This document shows positions 48,994 to 61,200 of a stretch of 64,000 nt of DNA, piece by piece. Made by a program: the position numbers and the translations under genes. This DNA is from Chara braunii (Eukaryota > Plantae > Charophyceae). Within the stretch, counting starts at the first letter, position 1. Every line of letters begins with the position of its first letter. Below the pieces are notes generated by a model. It was given only the letters and a program-made list of their open reading frames with translations, had not been told where the DNA came from and made no database searches. The stretch is taken from positions 3,121,986-3,185,985 of the forward strand of contig BFEA01000020.1 of the NCBI GenBank assembly GCA_003427395.1, in the 5' to 3' direction.

Positions 48994-51900
48994 CCTATAA
49001 GACTCATTCAAGTGCAAGCAAAACTGGCTTCCTCCCAGCCTTCCCCGTGATGCAACCCCTTTTCACAATCTGTTTTTTAGACAAACAACAAAAGTTGAAA
49101 CTGAAAAATTGTGCATGCATTTTTTTACTTAAGTCTGGGTTATGTCCTGAAAGTCAAACTAAAGTCAAAGTAGGGGTGCACTCAATACACTCAGTCAGAT
49201 ATATAGAAAGATGTATAGGTAGGGGTTATAACTGGGTTTATAAGGGGAAACAATGGTTACCTCTGAGTTCCCTGCCTCCAGAACTCCTCCTGAGTTCCGA
49301 CAGAGCTCCCGCAATCGGTGGGTTGACTCCCCACAGAGTCTTGACGAGGACCTACGGGTTGCAATCCCGTCTGCCGCCTTCCTCTCAGAACCAATAGACT
49401 AGACTTAGAGTAAGAAGGGTAGAAGAAGAAGATTAAGACTATCAGATACAAGGAGGGTGCTCTCAGACTCGCGTGAGAGGGCCTGGATATCTCTGGTCGC
49501 CTGAGGGCCCCGCAATGGTGGCCAAACGGCAACAACTTGGTCAAACCTGATTCAACCCGCTGCAGCCAACTCTCTGGCGACTTCCCAGTTCGCAGCGATA
49601 ACTTCCTTGCAATTCAACCACCCTTCGCTACACCACGTCTTCACCCTGCAACAACAAGAGTAATCACCCTCCAGAGAGTTGGCACCATCAGCAGCAACCG
49701 CAGGGCATGAGGATGCCGACCCTGCAAACCGCCGATCTTTGAAGATTGCTAACCTTGCAGACTGCCACCAAGTCTAGGTATGTACCCCTTTTCTACTCCC
49801 CTTTTCTGTTGTTGTACTGTTCGCAGGTACACGTCTCCTCTCCGCAGCGCGGCTATGGTGGACTTCCTTTGCGATGACGCTCCTCCACTCCCACGACCTG
49901 CGGTGCGTGGGATAGCGGGTACCAGCTCTGGGACCAGTACAATCAGACTCCCTTTTTCACTCGCTTCATGGGCATGCGAACAAGAGATTCAGCAAACTGG
50001 CAACTAGCGACTAGCCTCAGAGCTCGAAAAATAACAACTTGGAACATAGTTCGTATACAAGTCCCCATCAGACGGCTGCGGCGCACAACGCCCGCAACCC
50101 CCAACTCGACACTATACTCAACTTACTGTTTGCACACACACCCACACCCTGCACAATCTTTACAACTACGGCTCCCTCTAGCTCTATACTATGGCTATTC
50201 TCTTCTCCCCGCCCACTTTCTCGTCGGGCATCTGTAGACCAATACTACGTGGTCCGACAATTGTCGTTCACATCGCTGTAACAACGCTTCTGTATGGCTT
50301 ATGCAGGAATGAATCATTACCTCGGCGCTGCACCTTGATTTATACTTTTGCTCCGTATTGGTCTGCCCTTCCCATCGACCCTGGGTGCTCACGGTCCCGT
50401 ATGGTACTTGCTTGCCTGGACCTAGACAGGCTGGGACTGGGTCCCACCGACTCAGCACAGGTGGACTTCACCATTTGCCAGTAAGTGTGAAACTCGAAAC
50501 GGGACGAGGATGTATCTTCCGCTAGAATATGAAAAGATACATCACCACGCACCTGTTACTCTTTATGACTGTCACGCAGTCTCATCTCTCTTCTACACTA
50601 AATCTACTAACTCTTTACTCAAACTAACCACATAACCTGACTCGCCCGGCCTAGAAACCTCAATCTAATGCCCTAGATCGTCAAAAATCGGACGGAAAGT
50701 GCGCGAATTACTATCACTTCGCTCTCGCTCACCTTCCCTTCCGACACTCTCCGCGCACTCCATCTTTCTACGAACTTTTTCTACACTAACTTTCTCTTAA
50801 TTATGAGTTTAGAAATGAGGTCGCCATGATCCAAAAGTCCCGTTCTAAGCCCTCCCCTGCCAAAATCCATTCACAGCCGCATGAGATATGCTCGCTCCTT
50901 TCTCCTTATCCTCCACCATCTCCATCTCCGAGCAACTCTATCCTCATCTAGCTCCAAATCTACTAACCTTTTACTAAATCTAACACCACCATCGGACTCG
51001 GCCTAGCAATAACCTCCTAAAACAACTCTTCGTTCACCCGTTTTCATCAAGAAATGGGTGAGCTAGACGATTCCTTGTTCTACTATAGCCACAACCTTCT
51101 CACGTTCGACTACCGACGCACCTTGCACAGGCGCCTGTACGGGTTCACTCCTTCTGTTTCCACCAGTCTCGTCGACCTCACCTTCTCTGTTAAACTCCGC
51201 CCCTCTGTACTAGCTCGTTTCCCCTCTCTAGTCCTTTACACCTCCTTACCCGCAGCGCTCCGCTTCGCCTTTCCCTTCATGCCAACTCTTTCTATTCCGA
51301 TCCACTTCTTTCCCTCTCGTCTACCCGCTTCCCGCCTCACTCCAATTTTCTTGTCACACCTGCGCTTCGTTCTTCGCAACGCCCGACCATGATAGCCCCA
51401 CAACGCCCTGTACCCGACCCTTTCAATACTACGTGGTCCGACAACATCAAAATATCAAAAAAGAAAACAACCGACTGTCGGATCTCTCTGTATCATTCCA
51501 AGGCAGTGCCCCGTGGTACTCTCAAATGCTAACTGGCCTTTACACCGGGCATATTGAACAGGGAATAAACACCACTCCCTGGCATGCCCGACTATCCTGG
51601 TCTCCCTGCCTATCGTGATGCCCTTTGCCTGGGCCCAGACCGCGGCCTGCATCCCAAAAATCTATAGGTGTACCCACCGAGTCATGATCATGGACCCTCG
51701 GCCCGGGCTCGAAACCGGTACCAGCCCAAATGGAATCAAAATAATGTAAAATAAAATAAAAATAAATAAAAGTCGAAAAAGGAGGTTCTAATAGGACAAG
51801 CCGACTGGGACAGGAGGAGGGACCTTGCGGCACTCCCCTGATCCCGCCAAACGGGCCCGCAATCGGTTTTCCCCAGCAAAACTAAGAAGGATAGTCCCGC

Positions 51901-53139
51901 GGGACCCTCAACCCCTCAGCTCCTTCGTCGCTGCTTTGCTCCCAAGTTGCTGCCTGCTGGCCTCGATCCTCGCACCTCCATCTCGCCAGTCTAGTACCGT
52001 AACCTATAGGGCTAAGCCCCAACTTGGGACCAGCAGGCGCGGAGTCTCATGTAAAATGGTATAGCGCCGCGCCCAGGCCCAAAAAGCACGACCCAAACCT
52101 TACTTCCACCTACAACCAAGTGCGCATCTGCTAGACTTCTGCCCCAACTTACGCAGCTGGCGCCATGACCACCAAGAGCACCATCCCGCATGCCAAAGCT
52201 ACCGCTGGTCATACATGTGGGACAAAACAAAAATTAGAACTTTCAAATTCTTATTTTATCCTAGCAATCAAAAATCATGTTTGACAACTTATGCCAAACA
52301 TCACAATCCATGACCAAAAGTAAAAGATCACACGCGCGTCTTGAACTTACTCGCTCACACATCCTCTATCTTAGTCAACCTCCTAGCCCAATGCAGGTCA
52401 CAGACGCGGCCGTGCCTCACGCGGTACACTCAGACTTTTAATTCAAACTTGTCTTCTGTCATTTGCAAAAACGAGGGTGGATACCCTTGTCAGGGTATTC
52501 GCACCGACATAGCGGATGCGGAAGTTCGGATTCCAGCGAACTTTCGTCGAGACAGGGTGGAGGACATGATTGGTGGGCGGGGTTTAGAGGGTCGAGGACG
52601 ACCGTTTTCTAATTTTCTGAGAGTCGCCAGCAACGACTGTCAGACCCTGATGTTGCAGGAATGTGTTTTTGCAAGCGTCGTCTCCGCGGTGTCGTACCAA
52701 ATACAAGGGTATTTGGCGTGTCTCCTCCAAGTTTTGCGAGTGCAGGCCTCGCTAGTCCGACGGCGTGCGCGCGAGAGGAGGCTTAGGTCCTGGTAGGGGT
52801 GAGCGGCACGCGCAGGGTATTCATGGCAAGGTAAAACCCTGCGTGGCCAGGGTGTGAGCGGCGTCGCAAGCAAACGGGACGTGCAGCCCCTCGTCCCAGT
52901 AATGTTTGTGTTCCCCCGCATTTTAGTTTTTTTATGCATTGGTAATTTTTTTATTATTGTTATTCCTACCTTTATTTTGTGCATTTGACTCGGTGATGGG
53001 GTCTGAGACCGACGTCGGGACCGGCACGCCGGGCTCTGTTACAGTATTGTCGGGCACGGATTGCCGTCACGACAGTTGGGGACCTTGGGTGTGCGCCCTT
53101 CGGGTTGGCCCATGGTGCAGGAGAAAAGGCTGAATAGTG

Positions 53140-53290
53140 GGGCCAGCCGATGCGGTGCACCGTCCGCTCCCCAACATTTGTTGTGAGAGGTTTGAGCGTG
53201 AGCGTGTCCGTTGGGGCACGTAAGATGGGGAACTGTGCCTGAGCTAGGCAGGGCCAGAGGACACCAGGGGGAGGCCGCCACAATACCAGT
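53140..53290 (+). pseudogene. Second, separate degenerate LSU rRNA-like segment
   Basis: GGTGCACCGTCCG...GTGAGAGGTTTGAGCGTGAGCGTGTCCGTTGGGGCACGTAAGATGGGGAACTGTGCCTGAGCTAGGCAGGGCCAGAGGACAC aligns to LSU ...GAGCATACCTGTTGGGACCCGAAAGATGGTGAACTATGCCTGAGCAGGGCGAAGCCAGAGGAAAC. Confidence 0.75.
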
Positions 53291-53815
53291 TGTCTCACGC
53301 TAGTGTTCCCGTTGCCGTCCGGTAGAAGGGGTCTGCCGGCACGCCGTCCGAACCCTATGTCTCACGCCGCGTCTGTCACCCGCAGGAGGGTCGGTCGGGG
53401 CTCCTGTAACCTGCACAAAACATGTCAGTCCACATCAACAAATACAAGTACCGTAGCCAACCGTGACCAATGCGAGAAGGAACTCATGAGACACTATCTG
53501 GCAGAAATAATAAAGGTAGTTGCATTCAATCCAAAACAATGGGGTGTGAGACACTCGTTCCGGCCTCAGCCGTACACCTCGCTCCAATGTCTGAAAAATC
53601 CGTCTGAGTCCCTACAGACCTAGCCATCAAACGCCGCCTAATCCTCCTCCCAATTGGGTGTCGCCTATATCGTGCCCGTCGATCCCAAGGGACCGTGCTA
53701 GAGCTCTCAGTGTCTGACGTAGCCTCCCTCGCCCATCGAGGCCAAAGCTCCAAATCCACCGTGACCATAGTTCGGGTGTACCACTTCGGAAAGCCTGCTT
53801 CATGAAAGTACCCGC

Positions 53816-56800
53816 TCAAGGAGTCCCCATAAGATAACGCCCTATCTTATGATATTTGCCAATGTATAGATTTTCAAAAAACAAGGAAGTTTCTCCTGCA
53901 GCGGACTCTATTTTTAAGGAGCTTATGTCCATTTGTAAAAAATTGTCAATACCACGAGGCGACCCTAGATCTCCCTCTTCTAGAGGGATTCGCCAGAGAC
54001 CATCAGCAACTGAGTTCTTAGCTCCGGTTATTCGCTCTACTACATAGTCAAACATCCTTATATGCATGAGCCATCTGGTGACCGTTGGATTTGTTAATGA
54101 GAAGTCTTTTTGTAATTTTGCTGCCACTGCCGTCGGATCGACCCGCAGTACGAACCTTCGCCCGTAAATATAATGTCGGAAAATATTTAAACAATGTAAG
54201 ACTCCTATAACTTCTTTCTTAAATTGTGAGTAGTTCCTTTCGGTGGTGTTTAAGGTCTTACTCTCGAATCTGAGAGACCTCTTATTGCCATCTTGATCCT
54301 TTTGAGCCAAGACTCCACCAACAGAGGTAGGTTCCGCGTCCGTACATACGACGAATGACCGATTTTTCTCGTTTTCGAAGTAAGGCACTCCAAGGACTTG
54401 ACCTCCTTCCTTAAACTCATCTTTTAACGTTTTTATTGTATCCTCTTGTTCACTCGTCTATTGTCATTTTACTCCCTTGCGCAAGAGCTTTCGTAGGGGT
54501 TCGGCCTTTGCAGCATAGCCTTTTATGAAATTCCTCCAAAATCCGACCACTCTTAGAAACTGACGTATGTCAGTAATATGTCTGAGGGGGGTTGGCCATT
54601 TCATAAGTTTTTCTAACTTTGCCGGATCTGGGCGTCTGCCATCCTTGTCGCAGATGTAACCTAATATCTTTTTGAAGGATACCGCCCATCTGTTTTTTTT
54701 TCCACTGACCGTAAGGTTTGCATCTTCTAACTTCACTAGTATTTTTTTTATATCCTCTGCGTGGGTGGCTACGAATTTCCTCACTCTAGGTGTCACTTCT
54801 GTCTCATCTTTCTTGTATGGTCCTTTGATCAGGAAGTCATCAAGGAAAACTTCTACGAGGTTTGGTATGAGCTCCCCTAGAACGGCGACCATCGCTCTTT
54901 GAAAGACTGCGACACCGTTAGTCCAACCCATCGGCACCACCATCATTTGAACTAAGCCTAACGGTGTATGCATTGCAGTTAGATGTCGGTCTCTGTAGTC
55001 TAGCGGTATCTCATCGTATCCCGAAAAAAAGCCGCAGACTGAGTAAATTGAACGTCCTGCTGAGCCTTCAGATAGGAGATCCGCGTTTGGGATGGACCGA
55101 CGTCCCTCACTGTGACCTTATTTGTCTTTTGCAAGTCTTGTATCCATCGTAGTTTCCCATTTGATTTCCTTATAAAGAACCACCGATTGGCATAGGCGCT
55201 CTTACAGGGTTCCGCTACGAATGTCCTTATCTTCTCTTTGAGGAAGTCCACTATCATTTCTTTTTCTTTTTGCGCACACTTCCATCCCGCATCGTTTCAT
55301 GGAGTGTGCGGAACCGTATAGATTCTCGTCGGTTTAACATATCGTGGATCTATTCGCCCTCTCTCTGCGTCACAAAAGGCTACTGCCTTGTCGCATGCTC
55401 TTAATGTTTTTATTATGAGTTCTTTTTCGTTTTCCGTTATGTTTTCGTCGCCTATATCCATTTCATTTAACCTGACTTCAGTGATTCTCTGCCCTTCAGT
55501 GACCTTTCGTTCCCTGATCATCTGAGTAATTTCTTCTTTAGTGATCCCCATTTCCCCGGTCCTATCACGGTTGACTGCGACTGGCTTGACTTTTTGGGCT
55601 ACAGTTTTGTATCTCTTTCCTCCGCCGTGTGGAGGAATTCCTCCGAAAAAAAAAGGTTTATACATCCACCGAATTCCTTGTCGTCAGACTTTTTCTCATA
55701 GATTGTTCTGTCCACCACGTACTTAGTTTCGAGGTCCTCGACGTCAATCTTTTTTCCTCTCACTTTATGCGGTCCTAGTGTAAGGTCTTCAGATATCATT
55801 TGGCAACTTCTTGTGTTCAGTCATCCTCTATTTTGCAATGAAATCTTGTGACGGTTGTCAAATTCGTTCACGGTCTTCATGGTAAGCCTGCTACCTTGAG
55901 GTCCGTCTATGGTAACTGTCTGACTTCCGTCCCGCTTATTTTCGGTGGTGGCGTTGACCCGTGTCAGCCATGTTATTCCGAGAATTATTTGTGATGAGCA
56001 GTTCTCAACTGTAAAGACGGGCATAGTGACCTCAACTCCCGCGGCTACAATCTTGGTTTTGTGGCATACTCCGAGCGCAGGTTGCTTGAGTTTGTTAGCG
56101 GATATCGTAGTCATAGCTACACTTCTGTCTACTTCTAAGCCAAGGTTTCTAGCCATCTTGTCCTCACATACAGTGGACTCGGACCCGACGTCGACTATAG
56201 CCTCCATCCCTATGCCATTGACTGTGACATTGAGCTTTCCACTGACAAGGACGTAAAAGTAGTTGCTTCTACCTGAAGGTTTTGTACTTGTTTGTCTCCT
56301 TCGGTTAGTGCCGTTAGGACTGAGGTTTTCACCTCCTCCTTCTGTTGTCCAGAATTTGTGTCTTATAGCGGTACTTTAGTTTTCTTCATCATGCCTATTA
56401 ATTCATCCCTCACCGGGCCACAGCCTGCTATAAATTCCTTGAGGGTGATAGGGATTAGCATATCCATGACCCTTCTTAAAGGTTCTCGTAAATCGACTTC
56501 GTCTAGCGAGCTTTTAAGGTGAAACTTCTTGGCTGCTCGTTTTCTAGGGGATTGTGGTGACTTGGGCGACTCAATTTGGTCGTCTGTCATAGGTTGATCT
56601 TGATCCTCTTTCTTTGTGTCGCTTGACTCGCCGACCTCGTCGATGCCTTGGGTGCGTACGTAGACTTCTGCGTTATTTTTCGTCTCTTCAAACTTAATGG
56701 ATGAAATTCTTATGCCTGGGCTTTCTATTTATTCGTCGAAATCATCCTCGAAGGTTACTCGGGAGAGCTTGGCAGGTAATTGATCCTGAGATTGCTTGCC

Positions 56801-58261
56801 TTTTGCTTCATTCATCCTTCTCCTGCGGATATCCACATTAATCTACATCGAGGGCAGGAAGGGTACCGGTTTGCCTTCATTAGCCCAGATGACGTATTTT
56901 CGATCGTCGAGTTCAATGATGCCCTCTTTTAGTGCGTCTAACATTGTTTGGCAATCTCTTTTGCGGTGGTCTTCGTCTCCGCAGTATATACATGCATTAT
57001 CATTCCACGTTCGCTTTGGGCTATGGTCGGTTTTGTCGCGCGTGGTCCGGATAGGAGTTTCCTCCTTTCTCTGGTTATTACTTTGCAATCTCTCTACTGC
57101 CACTTTTAGTACTTCTATCTGTCTTGCCATCTCCTATTCTCGTCTGTCTGGTCTTTTTGCTTCTATCTCATCTTTTGGCTTCCACCTGTTATCTTTTGTA
57201 TTTGACCACTTGGAGGTTTCTCATTCCGCGTCGTTTCTTTTCCAATCACTCCTGTTTCCTTTCCTCCATTCGCCCTCGTTTTTTGTTGTGTCCGCTCTTC
57301 TAGGTGAGCTCGCGTAGGTGTCCCTTCCTTCGGTCCTGGGCCTCCTGTCCTCGAATTGCGATTTTCCTCCTCCTTTTTATGTAGTTACGCCTTTTCCTAG
57401 GTTGTCAAGAACCCTCGCGAGGTGTTCTTTCGCGCTTTGGTCTTCGGTGTCATGGGTTAAAGCTTTGACTTCGCTGAACGTTACCTTAGAGGGAAGATCC
57501 CTCATAATCTTGTCTCGCTTTTCTCGAGACAGAAATCCTAGGAATATTCCGCACCTTTCTATTTCGCCCATAAATCCACCTTCTACTAGAGGGTTCGAAG
57601 CCTTCCCATATCTCCTTGCGAACGCTACTAGACTCTCGTCCTCCTGTTTTTTCATTTCCTTTAGATCTTCTATTGAATAAGATGTTTCATCCCATGCGAA
57701 GATTCTTGTAATCCTTTTTCTGAATATTAGCCAACGCCAACTGTCCGGAATGACTTCTCTGACTTCGCGATCTATCTTGGGAGCTGTGTGGTGGAGTAGA
57801 TTTATAATCATCTCCTGATCGCTCCATTCCGCTCTCATCCCCAGTACTTCCCAGTCGTCTAAAAATTATGAAACATTCTTTCTTGTGAAGATTGTTTGGA
57901 TTCCGGACAGTGTCTGTAATTCGAAAGTTTGTGCTCCCAGGAAGGGGGATACGTAGGAGCCTGGTGCATATGCCATTTTGTAAGGCTGACTCGGGGTTTC
58001 CCTATATGGTTCCCTTGTACCGGGATCCGAGAATCGGGCTACTCTATTCCTGATTAGAACGTCTTTCCTCCACCCTTCGCTCTTGGAAGTGCGTTCCTCA
58101 AGTTCTGTGACTGTAGTTTCTAACTCTTTTAGGGTCTTCCTCAATTTTTCGGCGTCCTTTGTGATATCAGTTGTCATTTTCCTAATTGGGGTACTCGTCC
58201 TTGATTCTTGTGTTTTGACTTCGCTGCCTATCGAGGATAGATAGACTCCTTCCGCATCCAT
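53816..58261 (-). pseudogene. gag-pol: gag-pol of element C (capsid, CCHC knuckle, protease, RT, RNase H), degenerate
   Basis: MKKQEDESLVAFARRY; CIYCGDEDHRKRDC; AIVDVGSEST...ILGITWL; RWFFIRKSNGKLRWIQDL; PMGWTNG...VFLDD; VCTDAEPTSVGGVLAQ...ERNYSQFKKE...ADGL. Confidence 0.94.
55617..55653 (-). promoter_or_regulatory. Predicted -1 frameshift signal: T_TTT_TTT plus downstream stem-loop
   Basis: The protease frame reads CTT TTT TTT TCG and stops at 55599; the -1 frame reads FFFGGIPPHGGGKRYKTV into RT; stem TTCCTCC-ACACGGC-GGAGGAA lies 9 nt downstream. Confidence 0.65.
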
Positions 58262-61200
58262 ATTTTTCCTTCACTCTTCCAGAAGTTGATCAAAGGCGAC
58301 TTTAACTCTTTCTGTCGATTCTTCTAGTAGCTCTTGTAATGTGTTGAAGTTCTACTTTTTTCCTTCAGCTTTGACGACTAAGGCGGTAGCTAAAGCGGTT
58401 TGTAGGTAGCGTGAGTTTGCCTCCAACTTATTTAAGGATATTTCATCAACTATTACGTTGGCGAGTTCTCCTAGAGCTCGAGCATCCTCTTTCAATTTTT
58501 CTACAGATGTGGCTATCGTCTCTCTCCAGGTGTGTGGGATTGATTGTCCGCTTGGGTTGACAGTGAGGATTTGTATTCTTACGAGAAAGAGCTCTCCTGC
58601 AGCTTTCCAGACGACACACTTCCTGACTTCTATTACTGCTTTTGTGGCGCACTCGGTTTCCTCTTCTTGGCTTAATTGCTCATTATGTACTGCTTCCACT
58701 AGGACTCGTACTAAGGAGCCTTCTCTTTCTGCTCTGCCTGAGATACTAAATTTTTGCCTTCTAGGTTCGACATTAGTCATTTCTTTGTTTGTTAGTGTCT
58801 TCTCGGTCTTGCTTCAGGAGTCTGACAATGAAGTCATTTCGCCATCTTATAATGTTCTCTCTTTCCTCTCTATAGATTGCGACAAGACGTTCGATGTTGT
58901 TTTCCAGTTTATTTAAGCCAGCTTCATCCATAGAGCCACGTCATTCGTGGTATTTTTCTAGTGACTTTTCAACCTTTCTCTCAGTTGGGTCTAAGTATAT
59001 TTCTAGGATGGCATTAATTTTCGGATGTCTTCGCCTTACACGTGTGTTCGTGCTTCTCGAATTGTCTCTTCCTTCTCTATCTCGCACTTCATCCATCCCT
59101 CGGCCCAGATCATCACATTGTAGGCTCTGCGATTCTCTGTTCTAACTTGTGCTAGTGCCCTTGGTCTTTCGCGCTGTATAGCTTCTTGTGTCAATCGTCG
59201 GCAATCTAATGTGTCTAATGCTCTAGAGGTTCGGATCCGAATAATCGAAGTTATAGTCCCTGCGAAGCATACCCGATTCACTTCCTCTTCATCAGTTACT
59301 GCTCCCGGCATTTTTGAGTTCGTCTTGTGCCCCCTTTACTTTCCATACGAGGTCTATTACGGCCGACCATTCATTGTTAGCGAGCGTAAGCCCTTCAACT
59401 GGTGGCGACGATATTCCAATGAAAGGCCTAACGTAGGTACTCCATGAGAAATTCGCCCTTAATTGTTGGAGTATTCTCTTCTCGTCATGCACTATGTTCG
59501 AGGCCCGTTGCCAACAACGACCTTTTTCGTCTTCCTTAAACCTATGTTGCGGCACGTATATTCCCACATCTTACTCATTAAGGTTGATGAAGTAGTAGGT
59601 GATGACATGCATACCATCAATCCCCCATCCTTGACTCCTTAGGCCTTCGTATCTCACGATCTCATATGGGATCACTGCTCTCTTCGATATAGAGTTAAGG
59701 GAACGGACCAACTTTCTCGACTCCCCCTCCTCTAGCCTCCTACATCTCCTCATCCTTGGTCAACTCCCTTAGCATGGCTCTTAATCCTGCTCTTGATCTT
59801 GGAAGCTTTCTCTCTCTTAGTCTCCCTTGCACTAATCCTTCATTGTCCTCATGATTCTAATCAATCTTCCTCTGTCATCTCTTATCTTGTGCTCACTTTC
59901 TATTCCGAGCAGGCATGTGTCAAGGTAGAGTTTCCCTTCTTGATCTCGTAGGCAAGAGGCTCCTCTCTTAATCCCTATCAACCCTGTTTCATCAGATCGG
60001 ACTCTCCTACAGATTGTCGTGCCTAGAGTACGCAAGTCCTCTTGGGTCCATTCCGTCAAAAGTATGAGCAGCTCTTGGGACCTCCACCTATCATGGTCAC
60101 GCTGTCTTAGTTCACTTGTTATATCCCCCCCAGGCTGGCTATTCTCGTTCCCTCTGGCCATTCGGTTTATGGTGCCGGTTTATGAAATCAATTATTAGAC
60201 CTCGACCGATGCCTATCAACGCTCCGTAAGGAATCCGCGGTCTAGGCAAGTCTTCAAAGACCCTGATTTCAGTACTCCAAGCGACTTCTTTCTTCAAGGA
60301 AAGGAGCTTATCCTTCTCGACCTCTACCACTTCTCTCGCTCTTTGCCAGCAACGTCCGTACACTAAATCTTCCGATCTCTCCGTTGGTAAGTAAATGCCT
60401 ACGTCTCTTACCTCAGTCCCTAGGAAGCGCGCAGTCATAACATAGAGTCGGCTTAGTTCCCATGCGCTGTCGACCATCTCCTAGGGTACTCAAGAATGCA
60501 CACACCGCATGAAACTTCTCTTGCAGCGGTCGGTTCCCAACGATGATTTTGTTATCCCACTCTTCAAGTTTCTCTGTAGACTTCTTATGCCTTACTCGTT
60601 CATGACCCAACATTGTTTTGGCCACACCCGCCTAACACAACCGGGCTCGTTCCCTGACCAGTCCCTAGTCTTACCTCAGTCTCTAGTCGTTCCACCTTCA
60701 GTAGATAACTGATCTCGGTTTGGTTGGTAATTATTCTCAAAGCCGACTCCCTCATACGATCCAAATAAGGTTGTATGAGTTCAAGCTCTTCAAACCCAAA
60801 GAGATCTATATCAGGAATTCAGAGGGTGCCCTCAACTTTTACCATTCTCTCTTCCGCGATAGCCCTGAAGGAGAATTGTTCCCTAAAACCCGGCATCCTT
60901 ACTGACCCCAACTCCTTGCTTTGAGCGCCATATTAATTAAAGGCTCTCAGTTCTTGTCGTCAGTAAAACTGTCAGATAGACTAGGTTCTGGAACCCCATA
61001 GTATAGGACCGGTAATGAGCCACTAATTACTTTCTCCCCTCTCCTTTCTAATTCCTTGCTTTCCTGGCTGATGACGCTTTTAATCCAGTTTCTAAGCGAC
61101 TCTCGATCAGTTCCCCTCTCTCTCAATAGAGGTATATATGGCCTAATGTCGTACTCCCCTGTATCAAGGTGTTTTACNACAAGGACATAGGCTTTCCCAG

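Larger units (their letters stand above)
41251..52509 (-). mobile_element. Ty3/Gypsy element B: 5' LTR, PBS, gag, protease, start of RT; 3'-truncated
   Basis: See component features. Confidence 0.9.
45332..52509 (-). repeat. 7.2-kb 5' LTR of element B
   Basis: TGTCGAGCGCATC at 45332 matches 22551; TGCAATCGCAGAGGT.GA.CAGCCGA is shared (45606 vs 22855); ATACCCTTGTCA.GGT.TT.GC.CCGACA is shared (ending 52509 vs 29375); adjacent PBS. Confidence 0.88.

Noticed and set aside
51690-51730. tRNA T-arm-like GGGCTCGAAACCGG
   Set aside because: No cloverleaf or A box; T-loop consensus is broken.
53526-53819. 97-aa ORF next to the truncated RNase H
   Set aside because: No recognisable motif; may be a junction fragment after a deletion; not supportable as a gene.
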